This document shows, piece after piece, positions 56,095-64,000 of a DNA stretch of 64,000 nucleotides. The stretch comes from an uncultured Gammaproteobacteria bacterium (GTDB lineage Bacteria; Patescibacteriota; Microgenomatia; Levybacterales; GWA1-39-11), in contig CAYVKP010000001.1 of NCBI GenBank assembly GCA_964452165.1, positions 332,110 through 396,109 of the forward strand, given 5' to 3'. Below the pieces are notes generated by a model, which made no database searches, was not told the origin of the DNA, and saw only the letters and a program-made list of their open reading frames with translations. Each line of letters starts with the position of its first letter. Position 1 is the stretch's first letter. The position numbers and the translations under genes were made by a program.

Positions 56095-56238
56095 CTTAAG
56101 CTGCTCCAATTTTGAACATTGCTGTTCCACAAACCGGGCATTTTCCCTTCATTGCTGGTTTTCCATTCTTCATGGTTACCTTCGTTGCGTTTGCATCTTC
56201 TCTCTTTGCGCGACATTTTACACAATACATACTTGACA
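56095..56238 (-). CDS. Small zinc-ribbon protein (DUF5679-like), not in the ORF track
   Basis: Manual translation of the minus strand gives the 47 aa peptide MSSMYCVKCRAKREDANATKVTMKNGKPAMKGKCPVCGTAMFKIGAA, with CxxC...CxxC. A strong RBS (GGAGGTGAG) lies 9 nt upstream of the ATG. Confidence 0.55.
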
Positions 56239-56264
56239 TAATTTTTGCTCACCTCCCTTCAACA

Positions 56265-56561
56265 TTAAAATAAAATTCCTGAAAAATTAATAATTTTTGC
56301 TTTTAGAATGAAGTAGAAGACTATATTAATTGCTACAAGAAGCGCTGTGATTGCCAAGGTTTTTCGCATATCCGCGGCAACGTAAGAGTAATTGTTATGC
56401 TTTTTAAGCGGGACATTTTCAGTAGCAGAAAAACTTTGTGGAATCTCAATTCTAATTTCTTGCTTGTCCTCAGAAGGATTCCTAAATGTTATAGCTGATG
56501 AAAAATCTTGACGTGTCGCTGCTAACACTTTTTGTTTCTTTGTTTTTCTTTTTTTACTCAT
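56265..56561 (-). CDS. Small hypothetical membrane protein
   Basis: The 98 aa protein has a basic N-terminus and a C-terminal TM helix (LAITALLVAINIVFYFIL). Confidence 0.35.
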   Translation of the reverse strand: MSKKRKTKKQKVLAATRQDFSSAITFRNPSEDKQEIRIEIPQSFSATENVPLKKHNNYSYVAADMRKTLAITALLVAINIVFYFILKAKIINFSGILF

Positions 56562-56731
56562 ACTTTGAGCCTAAGTGCGTGATGATTAGAAAAAGTATCA
56601 CATTCCACACGCACGTGTCAAGGGGTAATCGAGGCTAAGACGTTTACTAAAAAACAGTTTACGTTGATTTCACAGGCAATTTGATAGTCTTGACAGTATA
56701 AGTTTGCAACGAGTAAAATGGGTATTGCCGT

Positions 56732-57205
56732 ATGAATTTTACCCCCGATTTTATTATTTTCATCCTTCTCTTTATTTGGTCCGGAATATTGACTTTTCTG
56801 TTCTTCAGGTTTTATTTGTATTATGTTAGATTGGCAAAAGATGGTAAATCCGGATCCTTGGTTAAGATGATGGATAGCTTTGCTGCAACAACCGAAGAAA
56901 ACAAAAGGGTACTTGATAATCTCATGGGAAAATATGATAAACTTGAAAAAGACGGAGCAGCACATATTCAAAAAATTGGACTTGTGCGTTTCAATCCATT
57001 CAAGGATACAGGCGGAGATCAAAGCTTTATTCTTGCTTTGGTAGACGCAGATAATACGGGAGTTGTGATATCGAGTTTGCATACTAGGACCGGCACGCGT
57101 TGGTACGCAAAGGGTGTTGCTCACGGAAAAGGCGTCGAACATGAGTTATCAACGGAAGAACTTGAAGCTTTGAAAGGCGCGAAATTTTTATCCAAGTCGG
57201 AATAA
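56732..57205 (+). CDS. Hypothetical membrane-anchored protein (DUF4446-like)
   Basis: An N-terminal TM helix is followed by a conserved-looking soluble domain (...GLVRFNPFKDTGGDQSFILALVD...). This ORF is preferred over the antisense ORF at 56618-57142. Confidence 0.45.
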   Translation: MNFTPDFIIFILLFIWSGILTFLFFRFYLYYVRLAKDGKSGSLVKMMDSFAATTEENKRVLDNLMGKYDKLEKDGAAHIQKIGLVRFNPFKDTGGDQSFILALVDADNTGVVISSLHTRTGTRWYAKGVAHGKGVEHELSTEELEALKGAKFLSKSE

Positions 57206-58377
57206 TGAATAGTAAACAAAAAAATTTAGTAATAGGTTTGGTAGTCTATTTGGTTGCCGCAGTTGCTTCCTACTTTGTCTTCTCTCATGTTGGTGGTGTG
57301 GGATCCATGTCGGTTACAACACCAGTTGCTCTTCCTTCAACAGGGTCAGATCAAAAAGTAGCGTTTGACAATAATCTTCCCAGGACCCAAGCCTGTCCTT
57401 TAAACGGAGCAAAATATTCTAAACAGCAAGAAGCTTGGTGGAAACAACACAGACCGCTTGGAGTAATGATAGAGAATTCACTTGATGCCCGTCCTCAGTC
57501 GGGAATATCCTCTGCTGACGTTGTTTATGAAGCGGTTGCAGAAGGAGGCATAACTCGATTCTTGGCAGTATTCTATTGTCAGGATGCGGGAATTGTAGGT
57601 CCCGTGAGGTCTGCGCGTACTTATTTCCTAGACTTTATCTCGGAGTACGCAGATTATCCTCTGTATGCTCACGTCGGTGGAGCAAACACCTCGGGCCCCG
57701 CTGATGCATTGGGTCAAATAGAGCAATATGGTTGGCAGACATATAATGACTTGAATCAATTCTCGATAGGCTTTCCGACATATTGGAGAGATTACGAAAG
57801 ACTAGGCCATACTGTAGCTACAGAGCACACTATGTATTCAACGACCAGCAAGCTTTGGGACATTGGTAAGCAAAGGAAGTTGACTAATGTTGATAAAGAC
57901 GGAAATTCGTGGGATCAGGATTTTACTCCTTACAAATTCAAAGATGAAACACCAGCCTCCAAGCGACCGGCCGCTCAGGAGATTAGTTTTGATTTCTGGC
58001 AAGGGTACGGGGATTATTCGGTAAAGTGGAATTATGATCCAAAAACCAATACCTACCTTCGTACAAATGGTGGTAAACCCCACATGGATAAAGATACGGA
58101 CAAACAAGTCGCCGCAAAAAACGTTGTTACGCTTTTCATGACAGAAGCACGAGCAAATGACGGCTATGAAGGAAATCTCCACATGCTGTATGGAACAAAA
58201 GGAACAGGCAAAGCGGTAGTGTATCAAGATGGAGTTGCAACCAAGGCAACTTGGAGCAAGAAAAATAGAACATCAAGACTAATTCTGCACGATTCTTCCG
58301 GTCAGGAGATAAAATTTGACCCTGGCTTAATATGGTTTGAGGTTCTCTCCACAACAGCTCCTGTTATTGTCAAATAA
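57205..58377 (+). CDS. DUF3048-like secreted/lipoprotein-type protein
   Basis: The protein has a signal anchor. Its core motif ...ARPQSGISSADVVYEAVAEGGITRFLAVF resembles the YerB/DUF3048 family. Confidence 0.45.
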   Translation: MNSKQKNLVIGLVVYLVAAVASYFVFSHVGGVGSMSVTTPVALPSTGSDQKVAFDNNLPRTQACPLNGAKYSKQQEAWWKQHRPLGVMIENSLDARPQSGISSADVVYEAVAEGGITRFLAVFYCQDAGIVGPVRSARTYFLDFISEYADYPLYAHVGGANTSGPADALGQIEQYGWQTYNDLNQFSIGFPTYWRDYERLGHTVATEHTMYSTTSKLWDIGKQRKLTNVDKDGNSWDQDFTPYKFKDETPASKRPAAQEISFDFWQGYGDYSVKWNYDPKTNTYLRTNGGKPHMDKDTDKQVAAKNVVTLFMTEARANDGYEGNLHMLYGTKGTGKAVVYQDGVATKATWSKKNRTSRLILHDSSGQEIKFDPGLIWFEVLSTTAPVIVK

Positions 58378-58404
58378 AGTTGTACGAGTTATAATGATCG
58401 TGTA

Positions 58405-58980
58405 ATGTTCTCAGACCTTATTACTAGTAAAACTCGTGTAAAAATCCTCACGCTTTTCTTAGAAAATTCCTCCGAAATGTATCATGTTCGCGAGATTGTT
58501 CGTAGGGTTGAGGAGGAAATAAATGCTGTAAGGCGAGAGCTCATACATCTTGAGAAAAAGGGACTATTAACTCGCGAACCTCGCGTAAATAGAGTTTACT
58601 ATTATCTTGATAAGTCTTATCCGTTTTACAACGATCTTTTGATGATTCACTCAAAAATGAAAGGAATCGGAGCAGATATCATAAAGAATAGAATAAAGCT
58701 TGGAAAGATAAAGTTTGCAATGTTGTCCGGAAAATTTGCTCGAGGAATTCGCGAAAATCCCGAGGAGGTAGATTTGCTTTTGGTAGGGACCGTGGTAGTG
58801 CCGGAGTTATCGCTTATTGTTAGGGCAGAAGAAGCAAGAAGGAAAACTGAGATTAATTACACGGTTATGAGTGAAGAGGAATTTTCCTTCCGTAAGAAAA
58901 GACGCGACCCGTTTATAACAGGAATAATTTACGGATCTCGGGTAATGCTTATTGGAGACGAGGAAGCGCTCCTGGCTTAA
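58405..58980 (+). CDS. Winged-helix transcriptional regulator fused to a minimal nucleotidyltransferase domain
   Basis: The N-terminal wHTH has RVKILTLFLEN...MYHVREIVRRV. The C-terminal region LSGKFARGIRENPEEVDLLLVG matches the pol-beta NTase signature ([GS]x9-13DhD). Confidence 0.5.
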   Translation: MFSDLITSKTRVKILTLFLENSSEMYHVREIVRRVEEEINAVRRELIHLEKKGLLTREPRVNRVYYYLDKSYPFYNDLLMIHSKMKGIGADIIKNRIKLGKIKFAMLSGKFARGIRENPEEVDLLLVGTVVVPELSLIVRAEEARRKTEINYTVMSEEEFSFRKKRRDPFITGIIYGSRVMLIGDEEALLA

Positions 58981-58981
58981 G

Positions 58982-60343
58982 ATGAAGACCCCCAAGTTTT
59001 TTCTATTCACTCTGTTTGTTTGTGCCTTTTTGCTTTTTCTTGTTGATTTGCCGACACCTGTAAAACTAGGGTTTAAGATGCCTTTAATTGGAAGGCCTGT
59101 TTCTCTCAGTTTTGATTCTTCTCACCTTAATTTACATTTAGGACCTTTAAAAGTAACTCATGATATACCTTATAAATTGGGCCTTGATCTACAGGGAGGA
59201 AGCAGGCTTACGTACGAAGTAGATATGAAAAATATCAAGACCACTGACCGCGATTCAGCGTTTCAATCTGCTGTGGGAGTCGTTGACAGGAGAATAAATC
59301 CTTATGGAGTAAGAGAATCATCAGTTCAATCTTTGAAAATCGGTTCCGACTATAGAATAATCGTTGAATTGCCCGGGGCCTCAGATGTTTCCCAAGACCT
59401 GGATCTGCTCGCAAGCCCCACCAGACTTTCATTTTGGGAGAATGGTAAGGAAAAACTTGCTACCGCCGATGCAATCCTTCTACCTGTGGGTCTTACATCG
59501 ATTTATCAAAATAAACCCAATGAGACCCCGTTGACCGGGCGAGATCTTAAGAACGCACAGGTAGTGTACGGCTCTCAAAACGGGACTCCTCAGGTGCAGC
59601 TTAATTTCACACCAACGGGGACAAAATATTTTGCCGATATAACCAACAGAAACGTTGGAAAGCAGGTGGCAATAGTTATAGATAATCTAGTAATTTCGGC
59701 TCCGGTTGTACAGCAGGCAATTCTTTCTGGAAATGCGGTCATCACGGGGAATTTTACATTGGATCAGGCAAATGCTCTTGTTCGCCAGCTCAATTCTGGT
59801 GCTCTTCCCGCACCGCTTAAGCTTATAGGTCAATCTACGATCGGCCCATCGCTTGGAATAGAATCCTTGAAAAAGAGCCTGGGGGGGGGAATTATAGGAT
59901 TTCTGTCCATTATAATATTCATGACGCTTCTTTATAAAAAAGAAGGAATTCTTGCAGGCGCAGCGCTACTAATTTATGTTATAGTAACGCTTTTTATTTT
60001 CAAAATAATTCCCATAACGCTGACTCTGGCTGGTATTGCTGGACTCATTTTGTCTATCGGTATGGCTGTTGATGCAAACATTTTGATATTTGAGAGAATG
60101 AAAGAAGAGCTTAGGCTCGGTAAACCCAGATCAATCGCAGTCAAACTAGGATTTTCCCGCGCATGGCCTTCAATAAGAGATTCAAACATCTCAAGTCTTA
60201 TTACAACCGTGATTCTTCTTGAGTTTGGATCGAGTATTGTAAAAGGTTTCGCAGTAGCTTTGATGATTGGAATAATCGTATCAATGTTCTCAGCAATTTT
60301 GGTCACCAGAAATTTGGTAAGATTTTTTGAAGGAGAAAAATAA
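58982..60343 (+). CDS. secD: Protein-export membrane protein SecD
   Basis: A periplasmic domain is followed by six C-terminal TM helices, with ...GLDLQGGSRLTYE... and GPSLG. The ATG at 58982 is in frame with the track ORF at 58952. Confidence 0.85.
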   Translation: MKTPKFFLFTLFVCAFLLFLVDLPTPVKLGFKMPLIGRPVSLSFDSSHLNLHLGPLKVTHDIPYKLGLDLQGGSRLTYEVDMKNIKTTDRDSAFQSAVGVVDRRINPYGVRESSVQSLKIGSDYRIIVELPGASDVSQDLDLLASPTRLSFWENGKEKLATADAILLPVGLTSIYQNKPNETPLTGRDLKNAQVVYGSQNGTPQVQLNFTPTGTKYFADITNRNVGKQVAIVIDNLVISAPVVQQAILSGNAVITGNFTLDQANALVRQLNSGALPAPLKLIGQSTIGPSLGIESLKKSLGGGIIGFLSIIIFMTLLYKKEGILAGAALLIYVIVTLFIFKIIPITLTLAGIAGLILSIGMAVDANILIFERMKEELRLGKPRSIAVKLGFSRAWPSIRDSNISSLITTVILLEFGSSIVKGFAVALMIGIIVSMFSAILVTRNLVRFFEGEK

Positions 60344-60345
60344 AT

Positions 60346-61242
60346 ATGAATATAGTTAAAAATAAAAATCTATACTTTTTAATATCTGCAATAGTTATTG
60401 TACCGGGCTTAATTTCGCTTGCCCTATTCGGCTTAAAACTTTCCATAGATTTCACCGGGGGTTCAAGGCTTGAACTAGGTTACAAAAATCAGGTTGATCG
60501 AGCGGCAATCGAAAGGATAATAAACAAAGACAAGGTAAAAACGGAATCGGTCAATATTGTCGACTCGAAGACGATTTCAGTTAGAACTGAAGCAATAGAT
60601 CAGCGTACTAAAACAAAAGTAATGACCGATCTAAAAAAGTCCTACCCCAACATAACAGAAAAAAGCTTCAACACGATAGGTGCAACAATTGGAAAAGAAA
60701 CGGAAATTAACGCATTCAAAGCAGTAATTATAGCCTCTCTTGCGATTACTGCTTATATTGCTTTCGCATTTAGAAAAGTCTCAAAGCCGGTGGCGTCGTG
60801 GAAGTTTGGAGTATGTGCAATAATTGCCCTGCTTCATGATATTTTGGTGGTTGTTGGAATTTTTTCAATTCTAGGCCACTTCGCAGGCGTTGAGATTGAC
60901 TCGCTTTTTATTACGGCCCTACTTACGGTTATGGGTTTTTCAGTTCATGACACAATTGTGGTTTTTGATAGAGTTCGCGAAAACCTACAGAAAAATTTCA
61001 GTTTTCCATTTGATGAAGTTGTAAATAACTCATTACTTGAGACCTTTAATAGATCACTAAATACATCCTTAACGGTAATGATAGTTTTATTCACACTCCT
61101 TTTATTTGGTGGAGAATCTATTCGTTGGTTTGTTGCAGCGCTTTTGGTAGGAATAATCTCAGGAACATATTCCTCCATTTTCAATGCCTCCCAATTGTTG
61201 GTTGTTTGGAACGAACTTGGAAGAAAAAGAGTTAGAAAATAA
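60346..61242 (+). CDS. secF: Protein-export membrane protein SecF
   Basis: The protein has the SecF topology with ...DFTGGSRLEL..., and it lies directly after secD. Confidence 0.85.
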   Translation: MNIVKNKNLYFLISAIVIVPGLISLALFGLKLSIDFTGGSRLELGYKNQVDRAAIERIINKDKVKTESVNIVDSKTISVRTEAIDQRTKTKVMTDLKKSYPNITEKSFNTIGATIGKETEINAFKAVIIASLAITAYIAFAFRKVSKPVASWKFGVCAIIALLHDILVVVGIFSILGHFAGVEIDSLFITALLTVMGFSVHDTIVVFDRVRENLQKNFSFPFDEVVNNSLLETFNRSLNTSLTVMIVLFTLLLFGGESIRWFVAALLVGIISGTYSSIFNASQLLVVWNELGRKRVRK

Positions 61243-61695
61243 CTATTTCGAGAGTTGTTCGCGTACTAAGTTTGAAACTAAAGTTGCGTCGGCTTTTCCC
61301 TTAACTTTTGGCATTAGTGCTCCCATAACTTTTCCCATTTCCTGCATGGATTTGGCTCCCGTTTGTTTAACGGCTTCTTTTACTAGTTCCCCAACCTCGT
61401 CTTCTGACATTTGTTCGGGTAAATAAGACTGCAGTGTGTCTACTTCTTTTTGCTCATTTTCTGCCTGTTCGTTTCTTCCGCCTTGCTTGTAGAGTTCGAT
61501 TGATTCTTTTCTCTTTTTAATTTCTTTTCCGACGACGTCTATTACGTCTTCATCACTGGCTTCATAACCGGCTCCCCCTTTTGCGATCTCATAATATTGA
61601 ATTGCAGACTTAAGCATTCTGATTGCAGAAAGCTTTTCGGCATCTTTTGCTATCATCGCTGCTTTTAAATCGTCTTGAATTTTATCTTTTAACAT
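61243..61695 (-). CDS. GatB/YqeY domain protein
   Basis: The protein has MLKDKIQDDLKAAMIAKD...MGKVMGALMPKVKGKADATLVSNLVRE, and the 150 aa YqeY fold. Confidence 0.75.
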   Translation of the reverse strand: MLKDKIQDDLKAAMIAKDAEKLSAIRMLKSAIQYYEIAKGGAGYEASDEDVIDVVGKEIKKRKESIELYKQGGRNEQAENEQKEVDTLQSYLPEQMSEDEVGELVKEAVKQTGAKSMQEMGKVMGALMPKVKGKADATLVSNLVREQLSK

Positions 61696-61700
61696 ATAAA

Positions 61701-62489
61701 TTATCCTATTAGCCTTCCAAGGCCAAGTTTTCGACTTTGGTTAAACATTGTAACAAAAAAATAAATTGCGGTAGCCAGATATATTATATTTAAGCCAAAA
61801 CTATAAAGAAGTTTATCATAAGACAGGTGTCCGGTAAACAAAATTTCTCGCATTCCTTCAAAAACGTATGTAGCTGGAATAAATTTTGATACTGTCTGTG
61901 CCCAGTGAGGTAAAGTAGAAATTGGATAGTAAAGTGCAATAAATGGTTGAAGAATAAAAGGTACTGTCCATGCCACTGTCTGAATCGTTCTCCCAAATCT
62001 AATAATGAATCCTGCAATAAAAAACCCAAGTACCCAGCCCGTGATTAAGAGACTCACTATGAAAGGAATTAGGTAGAATCCATAAGTGAATATGTTGAAT
62101 GCATAGAGTAGGTAAGCAAGTAGCGCAGCGAATGAAAGAGTTATAAGCATTTTTAAAATACTAAGCAAGATGTTTGCCAAAATCCATTCACTTATTCGTA
62201 CTGGCGTTGCAAAGATATTGACCAAGTTATTATTCCAGAATTCCTCCAGTATGTTAATTGATATTTCGTGTCCCGCGCGCCAGATTACAAGCCAAAAAAC
62301 CACACCAGAGAGGATTACAAGAACAATATTTGGAATTCCGGTGCTCGCATTTTTAATATAAACACTTGTTAGTCCCCATAGAACTAAATTTACCGCGGGC
62401 CAATAAAAAGAATCACCTATTCTATCAAGGCTATGTTTCCAGTAATAAAAATAACCTATTATTAATGCTTTTACTATTCTTAGGTTCAT
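61701..62489 (-). CDS. ABC-2 type transporter permease
   Basis: The protein has six TM helices and lies downstream of, and overlapping, the ABC ATPase gene. Confidence 0.7.
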   Translation of the reverse strand: MNLRIVKALIIGYFYYWKHSLDRIGDSFYWPAVNLVLWGLTSVYIKNASTGIPNIVLVILSGVVFWLVIWRAGHEISINILEEFWNNNLVNIFATPVRISEWILANILLSILKMLITLSFAALLAYLLYAFNIFTYGFYLIPFIVSLLITGWVLGFFIAGFIIRFGRTIQTVAWTVPFILQPFIALYYPISTLPHWAQTVSKFIPATYVFEGMREILFTGHLSYDKLLYSFGLNIIYLATAIYFFVTMFNQSRKLGLGRLIG

Positions 62490-63397
62490 TTGTTTATCAT
62501 GTTAATAAAAAAATCTTCAAGTGTTGGCTTTTCAATGGATATTTCCTCGTATTCAATATTTTCAGAAGCAATAGAGGAAAGTAGGGATGCAATATTCTTT
62601 TCAGCAACCGTAATTGTAAAATAATTATTGTCGTGTTTAAATACCAGTTTGTTTTTCTCAAAAAATTTCATAGCTTTTTGTCCACTTTTAGAAATTAGAA
62701 GTTGTACGTGTGCATCTTTAATTTTTCTGGCAATTTGAGATGGGGTTCCCTCCTCTATAATTTTTCCTTCGTTAATGAATATTACCCTATTACACATCTC
62801 TTCAACCTCAGCCATGTTGTGAGAAGTGAGAAGCATACTTACGTTAAATTCTGCCCTCTCTTTTTTGAGAAACTCCCTAACTTTTTTTGCGATGTCTGGG
62901 TCAAGAGCTGCTGTTGGTTCATCAAGTAAAATGACTTTTGGATAATTAACAAAAGCTTTGACTAAAAGGACGCGACTTTTCTGGCCTGCGGAAAGCTTAT
63001 AAAATTGTTTTTTCAAAAGATCTTCGATTTCAAAAATTGCCATAAGCTTCTGAATCCTTTTTTTTCTGTCCGGCACTTCATATATCCTTGCAAACGTATC
63101 AAGTATCTCCCCAATAGTTAGTAGGTAGGGGAGACTTATGTATCCCGAAGAAAAATTTATGTATTTGAGAATTTGCTCTCGATGTTTTTTGAATGGCTTG
63201 TCAAAATAAAATATCTCGCCTTGACTTGGATCCATTACTCCTAAAAGCATTTGGATCGTGGTTGTTTTGCCGGCCCCATTTGGTCCGAGAAGACCAAGTA
63301 TCTCTCCATCTTCAAGCTGAAAGTTCAACCCGTCAACGGCAGTAAAATCCCCAAATTTTTTTGTGAGGTTTTTTGCCTCAAGAATAATATTTCTCAC
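62486..63397 (-). CDS. ABC transporter ATP-binding protein
   Basis: The protein has the Walker A motif GLLGPNGAGKTTT, the signature LSAGQKSRVLL and the Walker B motif ILLDEPTAALD. Confidence 0.85.
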   Translation of the reverse strand: MRNIILEAKNLTKKFGDFTAVDGLNFQLEDGEILGLLGPNGAGKTTTIQMLLGVMDPSQGEIFYFDKPFKKHREQILKYINFSSGYISLPYLLTIGEILDTFARIYEVPDRKKRIQKLMAIFEIEDLLKKQFYKLSAGQKSRVLLVKAFVNYPKVILLDEPTAALDPDIAKKVREFLKKERAEFNVSMLLTSHNMAEVEEMCNRVIFINEGKIIEEGTPSQIARKIKDAHVQLLISKSGQKAMKFFEKNKLVFKHDNNYFTITVAEKNIASLLSSIASENIEYEEISIEKPTLEDFFINMINK

Positions 63398-64000
63398 TAT
63401 TTATTTAATTCTTTTAATCGCGAGAGTAAATAATCACGGGTGTTTTTTGAAAGATCTTCGTCAACTTCTTCAAAAAGTTTTTTTAATATTTCTCCAACTT
63501 TTGGTCCCGGTTTTATTTTCAATTCTTTCATTATGTCATTTCCATCAATCGCCATGTCATTAATAGAAAATGGAGGATTGAGTTCGCTTACAATTCTTTC
63601 CTTAAAATTCTTGAGTCTCCATGACTCGGCCTCCTTTGTTCCGCTTCCAAGTCTATCGCCAATTCTCAAATCTATCATATCATTTACGTTTTCAAGTCCA
63701 ACTTTTCTAATGAATCTGCGGACCGCACTATCAGTTGCATTTTCATCAACCGTAAACATATGCCAACGAATCAAAGTCACGATTTTCTCTCTTTGTTTTT
63801 TGGATAGTCTTAGTCGCTCTGCAATTTCATACGCAAGTTGTGCTCCTCTTACCTCATGATTATAAAAAATTACAAAACCGTCCTTGTCTTTGCTTGCTAC
63901 GTCCGGTTTTCCAACGTCGTGGATAAGTGTTGCCAGCTTGACTACTGGGTCTGTCGAGGGAGTATATTTTAATGAAAGTAAATTGTGAGTAAAAACATCT
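63397..64000 (-). CDS. HD-domain tRNA nucleotidyltransferase (CCA-adding enzyme / poly(A) polymerase family), 5'-truncated by the window edge
   Basis: The minus-strand frame is open from 63397 to the window end, for example ...LIHDVGKPDVASKDKDGFVIFYNHEVRGAQLAYEIAERL...; the HD motif and the C-terminal tRNA-binding region are present. The track shows only the segment from the internal Met. Confidence 0.6.
   Translation of the reverse strand, partial: DVFTHNLLSLKYTPSTDPVVKLATLIHDVGKPDVASKDKDGFVIFYNHEVRGAQLAYEIAERLRLSKKQREKIVTLIRWHMFTVDENATDSAVRRFIRKVGLENVNDMIDLRIGDRLGSGTKEAESWRLKNFKERIVSELNPPFSINDMAIDGNDIMKELKIKPGPKVGEILKKLFEEVDEDLSKNTRDYLLSRLKELNK

Noticed and set aside
56618-57142. 174 aa minus-strand ORF overlapping the DUF4446-like gene
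   Set aside because: The + strand ORF (56732-57205) has a clear TM anchor and a plausible promoter (TTGACA-N18-TAAAAT at ~56691), and it reads as a conserved domain. The minus ORF is Cys/His-rich and low-complexity, so it is likely antisense noise.
63440-63859. 139 aa plus-strand ORF
   Set aside because: It is antisense to the HD-domain CCA-adding enzyme gene, whose frame is open to the window edge and has clear HD and tRNA-NTase motifs.
1-64000. Mobile elements, integrases, transposases, rRNA and tRNA genes
   Set aside because: None of the ORFs show DDE, tyrosine- or serine-recombinase motifs. No intergenic region is long enough or structured enough for rRNA. No cloverleaf-compatible segments were found in the few spacers longer than 100 nt.

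Overview
This 64 kb window is a gene-dense, low-GC, mostly + strand stretch of a small bacterial chromosome. It appears to use the standard genetic code: an RF2 gene with the SPF motif is present, and UGA is used as a stop. The gene content is consistent with a Patescibacteria/CPR-like monoderm, but I cannot prove that from sequence alone. Supporting features are a class I LysRS, a B/C-domain-less pyruvate kinase, a half-size TsaB, many small membrane-anchored hypotheticals, extensive 1–4 nt gene overlaps and leaderless promoters.

Identifiable housekeeping genes include greA, class I lysK, rdgB, serS, secA, carA and carB (with a small BamE-like gene between them), nadE, prfB, ftsEX, tsaE/tsaC/tsaB, secDF, an Nramp transporter, a GAF histidine kinase, an orphan OmpR-type regulator and a family-4 UDG. 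There is also a large nucleotide-sugar/glycosylation island at about 43.5–56 kb. It contains rmlA-like, rmlB and rmlD genes, ugd, a UDP-xylose synthase, gmd plus an Rmd-like reductase, a GT2–GtrA fusion, an ArnT/PMT-like GT-C, a cupin, two NUDIX genes and a second GT2.

I saw no rRNA or tRNA genes, CRISPR arrays, transposases or integrases. The most interesting candidates are:
- a UDP-xylose-linked polyprenyl-phosphate glycosylation operon;
- an FtsEX-coupled coiled-coil hydrolase with a C39-like cysteine-peptidase domain;
- a type-IV-coupling-protein-like membrane ATPase flanked by an internally duplicated Cys-rich protein and a double zinc-ribbon protein;
- a structured leader with a poly-Lys mini-ORF and a terminator just upstream of secA;
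- a recurring TATAAT-6 nt-start-codon architecture that implies leaderless mRNAs.
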